Origin: Cyanophora paradoxa CCMP329
Lineage: Eukaryota > Plantae > Glaucophyta
Assembly (NCBI GenBank): GCA_004431415.1
Contig: QPMI01000408.1
Span: 806,001 to 870,000, forward strand
DNA: 64,000 nt
Direction: 5' to 3'
Shown piece by piece: positions 1 through 10,700 of the stretch. Below the pieces are notes generated by a model. The model saw nothing but the letters and a program-made list of their open reading frames with translations, was not told where the DNA came from and searched no databases. The position numbers were made by a program, and so were the translations under genes. Within the stretch, counting starts at the first letter, position 1; each line of letters begins with the position of its first letter.

Positions 1-506
1 CAGCAAGTTACCGCGGGAAAAACCGCGTAACGGTCATGCGCGCTGGACCCCGGCTCGGCACCCGCGGGTCCAGAGGAAAAACAGGGTAAAACCCAGCGGT
101 GAAAACCCGAGATTCTCCACGAAGCCGCGCGACTGTTTCTTGGGGGCGCGCTGGACCCCGGCCCGGCACAAGTGGGTCCAGCGGACGCGCGTGGAAAACG
201 AATGACGACCGGTACACCGAGTCTGCGCGGTTCGTGCCCGAATCTTCGACGGGACTATTGTAAATTACCACGGATCAGCTGTGCACGACCACGTCCGCGC
301 TGGTGGCCGGCACCGAGCGGGAGTAACATCCGGAACCGTGTGCACAGGAGACGACAAGGAACCACGTATTATAATACCCTCGGCGAACGCTGGCGCTGGT
401 CGCCGTATGCATTGCCTTTTTTGCGCGAACTTTTCGCGGCGCCGGGGCTCGCTGGGTGGCGAGGTTCGGCGCCCCGGAAGGAAAAATCGCGGGGAGGTGG
501 GCGGGA

Positions 507-822
507 GCGATTTCGCTTCGCCGCTGGTCGCTTCGTGGCCTGGAGCGGCCGCGAGCGAAGCTGGGCGTGAAGGGAAACCCCGAATCAGCGTACCCCCCGG
601 AGCTCGGCGGCTTCAAGCCCGCCGGCTCGGCCCAACGGCTAGCTCAGCTAGTCCCTTGCGGGACGCTCGCTGCAGCCTGCTGCTTATCCCGTGCTCGCCT
701 CGCGCCGCTCCGCGGCTAGCGAGTCGCTCAGCTCTTTTGTGCCTGGCGCTCGGCTACGGTCTTCTTTGTTCGCATTCCGTCGGCGCAAAACTCGATTTAC
801 GCATTGAGAGCGCAAATCCCGA
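507..822. repeat. Split direct repeat A (A2 of copy 1), 316 bp
   Basis: GCGATTTCGCTTCG...AAATCCCGA recurs at 20076-20391, 27271-27586 and 37114-37429. Confidence 0.95.
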
Positions 823-1381
823 TTTACGCCTCGCTTCATTCGAATGCAGAAGACCTAGCTATCTTACGCCTGGCACTACTTAGCTAGATGCACGGGATAG
901 CGCATCAGGTTGGGCCCTGAGGTACGGCAGCTCAAGGCTGCTTTCCCGGGAACCACGTATCATAATACGTTGGCGATCGACCAGGGCGGATCGCCGTATG
1001 CCATTCCGGCCTCGCCCTTGCGAGTTCCGGAACAAGAACTCTCCGGGGTAAGCGCGCTAGGCGCCTGTACCCCGGGGAGGGCCGTTGCGGGTCGAGACGG
1101 TGTACCCCGCTCGGGGGTACTCCTCTCGGGGCCGTCGCGGGGCCGATCGGGGTACCCCGCTCGGGGGTACACTTGATCGGGGCCGCTCTGACGCCGTACC
1201 CCTCTCCGGGGTACGCGTTCGGCCTCGGGCCGCGCCTTGTGGGGCCGGTTGGGGCGAACAGCGTACCCCGGGGAGGGGTACGCGGTTTCTTCCGGGTTCG
1301 GGGATCCGAAGCCGGGTACCGCCGCCGGAGGCCGCGGGGGTGAGCGTAGCGAACGCAGCACGAATGCAGTACCCCCTACCA
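823..1381. repeat. Split direct repeat B (B1 of copy 1), ~555 bp, with GTACCCC..GGGGTAC hairpins
   Basis: TTTACGCCTCGC...GTACCCCTACCA recurs at 26067-26620 and 27587-28141. Confidence 0.93.
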
Positions 1382-1614
1382 AACAAGAGTCAGGTCACAG
1401 CCAGCCAGAATAGCATACATTGCACCAAGCATAAAACGCTGGAGCGGCCGGGGGGGAAAAGAGCGGGGCCCTTTATGAGCCCCCCTTCCCCTCCGGCTCC
1501 GCATCCCCCGCTCCCTATCCTTCCCCGCCCGCGCACCGCGCGGGCCCTCGCGTGTCATTCTCGATTGCCAGTACGGCTAACCGTGAATGCATTTTTACAC
1601 GCTACAACGCCGGG

Positions 1615-2581
1615 CTAAAAGCCGAGGTCGGCGAGGTCGGAGGAGAGGAGGAACAGGTAATCCTCGATGTACCCCTGGGGAACCGAGGAGTACAGGGCCC
1701 AACGACCGTGACGGCGGATCCAGGTCGCCGGCAGGCCGCGGCGGGCCGCAGCCGTGGCGCCGCCGCGGCGGAGGCTGTGCCCGGAGAAGTCCGCGGGGTC
1801 GTGGCCGACCGCGCCGGCCACCTCCTTCACCAGGCGCCGTAGGAAGCCGGCGGTGACCGCGGTCGACGGGTCGGAGAGACGCGGGAATAGTGGGGCCGTG
1901 GCCGGGGCGTCGGCCCGGTTCTCGCTCAGGTGGGACGCGAGCAGTCGCACGGGCAGGACGGACTGTGGCGGGCGGGCGTCAGGTAGACGACGGCGCCGCG
2001 TGCCTCCTGGTCGGTCTTCGAGCGCCGAACGTGCAGGGCGATGCGAGGGGACGGTTCCGTCTCGCACGTGACGTCGCCCATTCGAAGGGCGACGAGCTCT
2101 GCGCCTCGCAGGAACCCGGCGATGCCGACGGCGAGCAGCGCGGCGTCGCGGAGTCGCTGCGCCGGGGCGCGGTTGCCGAAGGAGGAGGTGGCGAACCAGG
2201 CCCGGACGTCGCCGGGCAGGAGCGCGCGGCGCTGCTGGACGGGTCGGCCCAGGCGGCGCTTCATGCCGCGCCAGGCCGTCTGGTACATGAACGAGCGCGG
2301 CTGGGCGGGGTCCACCAGGCCCCGCAGCTTGAGCTCGCGCCAGATGTGGGCCGCCAGGCCGCCGATGGTGCTCGGGGCGAGGTCTGCCCCCGCCGTGCGG
2401 CGGCGGCTGGCGGTCGCATCGGCCAGAAAGAGGAGGACGGAGCGCTCGGCCGCCGGCGCCAGGTCGTGGCGGGCGGTGAACGCGAAGTACCGGCGCGCCG
2501 CACGCCGCTGCCCCGCCGTGGTGCGGGGCGCGAAAGCGGCCCCCTGCCAGTCGGCGAGCTCCTCCGCCGCCACGTTCGGCT
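1615..2581 (-). CDS. Tyrosine recombinase (YR), copy 1; one homopolymer frameshift near 1953
   Basis: RDAALLAVGIAGFLRGAELVAL, RSKTDQ, HSLRRGGAT, RHGRW, GYI; continuous in copy 2. Confidence 0.92.
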
Positions 2582-4650
2582 CTACGACCAGAAGGTCAGC
2601 TCGAGCGGCCACGGGGACGAGCCCAGGCCTATGCTCCCGGAGAAGAAGACATGGGGGGGAAGGTCGGCGAGCGGGGCGACGGAGGCGCCGCGGGCGCGAA
2701 GGTCCCCCAGCGCGACCGACCAGGTCGTGCTGGGCTGGACGGGGAGGAGGAGGCCGAGGGGGGCCGAGGCCGGGCGATCGCGGAGCGAGGCGATCAGCGC
2801 CGGGCGGAGGCGAGAGTCGACCGTCAGGACGGTCGGCTCCGCGGGGCGGAAGTCGCCCAACCAGAGGTCGTCCTCGAAGGCGACGTGGTGGTGGGCGGCC
2901 GCGCGCTGACCGAGGAGGCGTCGGCACCGCTCGAGGAGGGAGCGGTTCAGAGCCGGGGCGCGGGCGCCGTCGCGCGAGCCGCGGTCGGCGAAGACGTTGG
3001 CCTCGCCCGGCAGGTGCCGGGCGGTGATGGACACGCCGAGGGCCGCGCAGCGGTGCCAGAGGCGGACGCTCAGGTCGAAGAGGCGGGCGGAGCCGCCCCC
3101 GCGCGCCACGGCGGCGACCGCCGAGCGGTTGTCGCAGCGGATGAGGACGTGCGCGCCCGCGGGGAGCAGGGGGAACAGGTCGTCCGCCGCGGCGACGATG
3201 GCGCGGAGCTCGCGCTCGTTGCTGCTCGTGTCGCCGGCCTTCATGGGGCCGTCGGAGGCGCGCAGGGACGCCGGGAACGTGCCGAACACGGACCACGCCT
3301 CGCGCTGGCGCGTGGCGCCGGCGTCGAAGGACACCGCCTTGTCAAGGAAGGCGGCGTAGCCGTAGCCGGAGGCGTCGGTGAACAGCCGGTAGAAGGACCG
3401 CGGCGTCCAGATCGGGTGCTCCGGGGGCGAGCCGCGGCGGAGGGCGGCGCGCAGCCACTCGAGGCACTCGCGCGCGGGGCCCTCGATCGTGACCAGCGAC
3501 TCGTTGAACGGGTCGGCGAGCGCGTCCGCGGTCGACATGAGGCCGAACAGGGCCGGGTCATGAGGCGGACCGCGGGGAAGGCCATGCGGAGGGCGATGAG
3601 GGAGCCGGCGAGCTTCTGGAGCCGGCGGGCCGAGACGGAGGGCTGGTCGAGCGCCTCGTCGACGCGCGCGAGGGTTTTTGCGACCTTTTTCGCGGTGACC
3701 GCGAAAACGCCGGACTCGGGGCGCACGTCGATCACGATGCCCAGGTACTCCGTGAGCTGGGTCGGCGTGAAGTCCGATTTCTCGGAGAACGTGATGCCGA
3801 GGTCGGGCGCGATCGCCCGCAGGTGCATCGACACGAGCTCCGCGATTTCGCGGGACGGGCAGATGAACAGCCCGTCGTCGATGTACGTGCAGAGCTTGAC
3901 CCCGAGGGCGGCCCAGTACTTCGCGAACGCGCGCGTGAACTTCGTGAACGCGAAGCACGCGATGTTCACGCCGAAGCAGAGCGCCTGGTAGACGTACAGG
4001 ACGCCTCGCCACTCGAAAGAGAGCAGGCGCTGCGTGCTCGGCTCGAGGGCGATGTGGTAATAGCCCTTTTTGAGGTCGAACTTCACGAGCCAGCAGCCGG
4101 GCGTGAGGTACGACGCAACCTCGTCGAGCGTCTGGTACCGGAAGGTCGGCAGCCGGATGAACGGGTTCACCGGCGTCGCGTCGAGGCAGAGGCGGAATTT
4201 GTCCGGGCCGGCCTTGTCGACCACGAGGAGCGAGGCCCGGTGCCGGATCAGGCGGATGTCCTCCTCGGTCGCGACGCGCGTGACGCCGAGGGCGAGCATG
4301 CTCGCGGCCTCGCGGTCGACGAACGCGGTGTGCTCCGGCGTGCGGTAGCACGAGTGGCGCGGCCCTTCGGGACGGATCCGGGGTAGGTCCAGCGGGGACG
4401 CGACCGGCATGCCGTTCAGGGTCTGGAGCGGCAGGCGCAGCCCCTTGCTAATCACGATGCCCACCCAGGACGGCAACTGCGTGCCGGCGCGGCGGAAGAA
4501 GGCGCGCCAGTTGTGCGCGTGGTCCTGGAGCTGCCCCGCTCGGAAACGAGCCGCGGCGCCCGCGAAATCGTACGGCCCCGGGTCCCCGTGCGCCGCCACC
4601 AGGCGGCGCAAGCGCTCGAACGGATCGGGGGTGGAAATGCCTGGTGGCAT
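2582..4650 (-). CDS. Pol: reverse transcriptase + RNase H + degenerate MT-like tail, copy 1; frameshift near 3550
   Basis: KFDLKKGYYHI, LCFGVNIACFAFTK, YIDD; RNase H LFTDASGYG, NERELRAI, IRCDNRSAV, HLPGEANVFADRGSR; frame is open upstream into gag. Confidence 0.93.
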
Positions 4651-4753
4651 TGTACACGCGGGTACACGACGGGGGAACGGGCTCGCAGGCCCGGGAGCGG
4701 CTGGGGGCGACGCGGGGATCGACGGGGGAGCCGCGGACGGAGGGGCGGGCGGG

Positions 4754-7700
4754 CTAGTCCTTGCCGCGCTTGCCGCCCTTGGGCTTCTTGCCCTTCTTGG
4801 GGCGGTCCTCGTCGGAGTCCCCGCGGTCCTTGGGCTCCTCGTCGTCGGCGGCGCGCGCGCGGAGCTGCTTGGCGCCGCGGCCGTGCTTCCGGCCGCCGCG
4901 CTCGCGGCGCTCGCGGCGCTCCGATCGCGAGCCTGCTCGCGCGAGGCGTCGATGGAAGGTCTCGGAAGAGCGGGCGGGAGGGAACCTCCGGCGGCCAGGA
5001 AGGCGGCCGTCATGGCCTCGGGCGTGCCGACCGCGAGGGTGGCGGTCGCCTGCTTGTCAAACTTGCGCAGCTCGTGAGGGCCGAGGGGCGGGTTCTGCAG
5101 GAACGACGACGTGCCGCGGCCGGAGGAGCTGCGCAGGAGCTTCGCCGAGTCGGGCCAGGCCGCGACCGCCTGGCCCGCCTGGTTGAGAGAGCGAGTGAGG
5201 TCCGCGGAGGGCCGCATGTAGGCCCGGAGGACCGAGAGAGCGCGGACGGCCTCCCGCAGGCGGTGGTACAGCGGCCGCGTGAGGGCGTCCCACTCGCGGA
5301 GGAGCTCGCCGTTGCGGCCACAGGCGCCGCCCGGCATGCGGGCGCGGATCTCGCCGATGCGCGCGACGAGGCCGATGGCGTTCTGCACGTTGGCCTGGGC
5401 GAGCCCTTGCGTCACGAGGGCCCAGCAGAACTCGAGCGTCTCCCGGATGCAGAAGAGGCCGAAGTTCGCGATCATGGGCGCGACTTGGTGATCGACCGCG
5501 CCGGCGGCGCTGCCCGCGATGTTGTTGCCGCCGGGCATGAGGTAGTTGGTGAAGCCCTGCTCGATCTGGCGGAGGCGCTCGGCGAGCTCGGTGGCCGCGG
5601 TGTGCAGGCCAGTCTCCGCGGCGGGCAGCTGGAGGCCGACGAGGTTGGCGGGGCGAACGAGGTCGGCCGGGAGGCGGCCAGTCGGCGCCGCGGCCGACGG
5701 CTTTGCCCGCTTCGTCTCCTTCCGCGAGGGAACGGCGGAGGCCTCGGAGGAGGAGTCGGAATCTGACTCGGGGAGGCTGGCGCCCGACGAGGCGGAGCTG
5801 GAGTCGTCCGCGTCGGACGGGTCGCCGGACGCGGCGGACTTCCGGCTCGGGGCGGGGAGGCGGAGCGGGCGCGCTTGCTGCCGGCCGACTTGGTTGCCGG
5901 CGAGGACTTGCGGCGGTCCTTGCCGGCGGGCCGGTCCTTGGCGCGATCGCGGCGCGACTCGCGGTGGTCGCGCTGGTTCTGCGCGTCCCCGGCTGCAGCG
6001 GCGCCGGCCGGGGGCCCGGTCTGGGCGGGGGCTGTCCCCGCGGCGATTGCGGGGGTCGGTGCGGCAAGCTGGAAGCCGGCCTGTGGGTAGATCGTCACTT
6101 TTGGCTCCAGGTACGTTCGGTGCAAAATAGGTACAAAATAGGTACGTTGTCGTACCAGGTTCGTACCGCCCACTGTACCGTGCACCGACGGTACGGCAGC
6201 GTACCGACGTGTACCGAACGAGTCCGCCGCGTACCAAACGCACCGACGGTGCAGCGGGTGTACCGTCGGTACGCGTCGGTTCACGGCACTGTGTCCAAGC
6301 TGCACCAGAACGCACCGCCCGGGAGCCAAAAGTGACGATCGGAGCCGCGCACCGGACTAGCGTACCAGTATACGTATATATATATACGTATATGCGTACG
6401 CCGACGGAGGGCGTCATTCCCCGCCCACTTCTCAGCCCGGCTACTAGAGAGCCATGGCTAGCCCAGTTCTCGCCCAGCTAGCAGAACTAGAGATCTAGAG
6501 CCAGATCGCCACCAAAGATTTGCCAGGCTGGCTCTGGCGTACGCGTTCTGGCTAGAAATATATCAAAGCGTGGTATCTGATTCTTTGGGGGATGATCTAT
6601 TTATCTATCTATCTACGATTCTGACTGTGAATACATCTTACTGGCCGCTGGTGGGCTCGTCTAGGCTGCACACACTGAAACTGAAACTGAAATTCTCTCG
6701 ATGGCGAACTCAACTAGGCTGTACAAACTGAAACGGAAACTGAAACTGAATTTCGCTGCCTGCCGCTCCTCTGCATAGCCTAGCGGCGGCTACGCAAAAG
6801 TATGCGTGCGGGCCAGCAAGGAAAGGGACCGGGGGGGACGCGACTAGGGATTCACGTGGGAGGGGAGGGCGTGAAGCGATGCGGCCCGCGCGCGCTGTAG
6901 GTCGTGCGGCACCTCGCCGAGCCCGCTGCGCTGTGCGCATCGCGGTTAGCGAGCGCTCGAATCGAGGCGGAACCGAACGGGCCGCTGAGCACCTCGGCCA
7001 GGAGAGGGAGCAGCAGACCGGCTCGAGCTTGCCCCGCGGCCAGGATTCCCGCGACCGCGACCGCGAGGGCGAGGGCGAGGGCGAGGGCGAAGCGCTCGCT
7101 GCGCTCGGAGAGTCAATCGAAAGAAAAGAAGCGTGCGCGCCGGCAAACGACCGCACCTGCGCCCGAGCGGCCGCAAGCATGAACTTCGAGAGCGCCAGCA
7201 GCCACACGTCCGGCGGAGAGCGGCATGCGCTGCGCTGCGCACGCCGCCGGCGTTACAACAAGATCAATGGGCAAGCAGCGGAGACAAGAGCGAGCACCTG
7301 GCCTGCGGAAGAAGTCGCCAAGCGAACTGGGCGGTGGTCTTCTGCTCGCGGGGACCAGTCACGCCCGCTCCCTGGCCCGCCAGCGGAGTGAGGGATTGAA
7401 TCAAAGGAGAAGAAACGAAAAGCACCTTGCTTCGCCTCCGCAGCCACCGCCTACGTGCCGCGCGTGCCTGTCAGCGGCAGAACGCCCATTGGCGACAGCC
7501 GCGGGAGGAATGGACAACAAAGGCAACAAGGAGGTCGACAGCGATGCGTTCGCGAGCGTTCGCGGCCGCAACCGGGAGCCAGCCGCCCTGAAGCAACGCT
7601 CTGCGTTTGAAATCAGGCGGGCGACAGGCGGCGAGAGGGGCAGAGGATGCAAGAAAGTACCTTCGAGCATCGTTCGCGCTGGAAGCTGACGATGTTCGCT

Positions 7701-10700
7701 GCGGCGGCAGCAAGTCCGTTCGACCTGGTTTGAAAAGCGGCATCAGAGACGCGGGCAGCGCTGCGAGACCCCGGAGGAGCCAACGAACCGACCCGCTGTG
7801 AGAGTGAAGCGCGTCCGCGCGGCAGCCTTCCGTCGAGGCTGCAGCTGCTGGCAGCAAGGCACTTGAAGGCAGCACGTTTGGGGTACACGACTGATGGGGA
7901 AAAAAGGCTTGCGAGGCCCACAGCGGCAGGGCCGCCGCGGCAGCCGCGCCGTAGTACAGCTTGTCGAGGCCATCTGAAGCGAATGCCAGCGGCTCTTGCG
8001 GCCCTCGCTCGCAGCGCCGCCCGCTGCGTCAACTTCGCGGGTGCTCGCAGCACGCAGCGCGCGGCAGCTACGAGCACGCGAGCTTGTAACTACGGGTCCA
8101 GCTCCCCCCGTGGCGTCGTCCTTGCGCCGCGCCGATCCACAGCTAGATCGACCCGGCCCGCAACCCCGCGCCGGGCGACTTCGCCGCGCTGGCCGGCTTC
8201 TTTGCGTGGCTTTCAGCTCACTTACGTCCGCAGTATCTCTACTAGACAGCCCCGCGGTCGATTTGGAGGGTTGAGGTGCACGCCGGCCGCGGATGCGGTT
8301 CTGGTCGCCGGCGGAGCTCTCTCGCATGTTTCGGTGCATAGAGCGTCCCTTTGAGATGCTAACACAGTGCCTCTGACTCTGGACTGGCAGGACGTTGCGT
8401 GAGCGCGCGGACCGACGCAACCTCCCGATCGGCGGTCGCCTCGGGTGCGCCTGCCAAGCACAGCATTGGGCCAGCGACGCGCGAGCACGTGGCTTACGAG
8501 GCCCAGACCGCCGGGACGGGTGAGCCCGCCTCGGATCGTCGCAGTTTGGGAGCTTCTACTACATCGCCAGCGAGCGGGCGGGGCAGCGGGTGGCTGGAGG
8601 ACGGGGCGGTGGCGGCGACCATGGGCGCTTTGCCACGCCTCGCCGCCCTCCTCCCGGACTGCCCGTGCGCCCCGCCCCGCGAGCCCAGCTCCGCCCGCGC
8701 CGGCCCGGCGAGCCCCGCGCAGGGGCGTGGCGGACGAGGCCGGCCTCGCGATCGCCGTGCACGCCGCAAGGCCCGCCCGCCCTGCCCCGCCCCGCCCCGC
8801 CCCGCTCCGGGCCGGGCCTGGGCCGACGGGGCGGGGCGCGCGCAGCCTGGAGCGGCTCGACGTGAGCCGCATGGGCGTCTCGGACCGCGCCCTCGCCGCC
8901 CTCACCGCCGCCGACGTGCGCCCCCCGCCGCCCCGCCGCCCCCGTCCGCGCGGCTCGCGGGCAGGGCGGAGGCGCGGCGGGCGGCCGCGCGGCTCGCGGG
9001 GCGGAACGGAGGCGCGGCGGGCGGCCGCGCGGCTCGCGGGGTGGAACGGAGGCGCGGCGGGCGGCCGCGCGGCTCGACGGGCGGGGCGGAGGCGCCGCGG
9101 GCGGCCGCGCGGCTCGCGGGGCGGAACGGAGGCGCGGCGGGCGGCCGCGCGGCTCGACGGGCGGGGCGGAGGCGCCGCGGGCGGCCGCGCAGCTCGACGG
9201 GCGGGGCGGAGGCGCGGCGGGCGGCGGCGGCGGCTCGACGGGCGGGGCGGAGGCGCGGCGGGCGGCGGCGGCGGCTCGCAGGGAGGGGCGGAGGCGCGGC
9301 GGGCGGCCGCGCGGCTCGACGGGCGGGGCGGAGGCGCGGCGGGCGGCCGCGCGGCTCGCGGGGTGGAACGGAGGCGCGGCGGGCGGCCGCGCGGCTCGCG
9401 GGGCGCGGCCCATTTATCCTCAGCGCGCGTGCACATGCGTCTCTAGCTGCCATCAAAAGGATACTGAGTTACTAAGTTAATGGCACATGTGAGCGCCCGT
9501 AGACGATATCAGTGCTTGCAACTGTACATGCAGAGTATTTGACTCGAAGCTCAGGTCGCCCGGGCGCAGCTGCGGCGGGGAACAACTCCCAAATAAAGTT
9601 TCTCCCGAGATCAACTTTGAGAGCCGATTCCCAGTACGCCCGTGCCTCTCTAGCTCACTTCCCGGCGGGTGCGAGTCATTCAGTAGCGTCTTAGACAGGG
9701 CCTCGACGTGACTACCGGCTGCCGGGCTTCTACTCGCACGCCCTGCCGCGCGGGAAGATCCTGAACAGCCCGCCAAAAATTATGGCGACTCGCCCTCCGG
9801 ATCCAAAATAATGCGCCGCGCGCTACGAGCTAGCGCCGGGCCTCCGGCGACCTCAGAATCAAATCCAGCACCTTCAAGAACCCCCGGGAGCGTCTCCGCG
9901 CCCGGATGTAACTTGTCAGATAAGATGTTTTACTTGGTGATATTCGCCGACTAGGCCCCTTGGTGGCAGGTTGGCAGTCTCAAGTAGCGCCCTCGACCTG
10001 ACTCCTTCGCGTCGTTCGGGGCCGCGACTGCCCCCAAATATGCACCCCGCCCAATTTGAGGGCGGGGAATCCGAATCTGACGCTCCTACGAGCTCGTTCG
10101 TGCTCCTAAGCTCGGCGCGGCGAGCTTGCAATTCTTTGCACATGATCATGAGTCTCTTCACGCGATAAAAGAATATATACTGAGTAAGTGGCACCTATGA
10201 GCGCCCGTAGACGATATCAGTGCTTGCAACTGTACATGCAGAGTATTTGACTCGAAGCTCAGGTCGCCCGGGCGCAGCTGCGGCGGGGAACAACTCCCTA
10301 ATAAAGTTTCTCCCGAGATCAATTTTGAGAGCCGATTCCCAGTACGCCCGTGCCTCTCTAGCTCACTTCCCGGCGGGTGCGAGTCATTCAGTAGCGTCTT
10401 AGACAGGGCCTCGACGTGACTACCGGCTGCCGGGCTTCTACTCGCACGCCCTGCCGCGCGGGAAGATCCTGAACAGCCCGCCAAAAATTATGGCGACTCG
10501 CCCTCCAAAATAATGCGCCGCGCGCTACGAGCTAGCGCCGGGCCTCCGGCGACCTCAGAATCAAATCCAGCACCTTCAAGAACCCCCGGGAGCGTCTCCG
10601 CGCCCGGATGTAACTTGTCAGATAAGATGTTTTACTTGGTGATATTCGCCGACTAGGCCCCTTGGTGGCAGGTTGGCAGTCTCAAGTAGCGCCCTCGACC

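Noticed and set aside
880-1000. Hammerhead, HDV, twister or pistol ribozyme in repeat B
   Set aside because: Required cores (e.g. CUGANGA...GAAA with correct stems) not found on either strand
3241-6417. 1058-aa ORF starting MTPSVGVRIY as a real protein
   Set aside because: Its first ~110 residues come from the foldback terminus; chance read-through across the insertion junction
10180-10330. Spliced-leader or snRNA gene in the 705-bp units (GTAAGT plus AATTTTGA)
   Set aside because: Donor-to-Sm spacing of ~135 nt is long, unit 1 lacks both motifs, and no known snRNA, 5S or tRNA sequence was recognised
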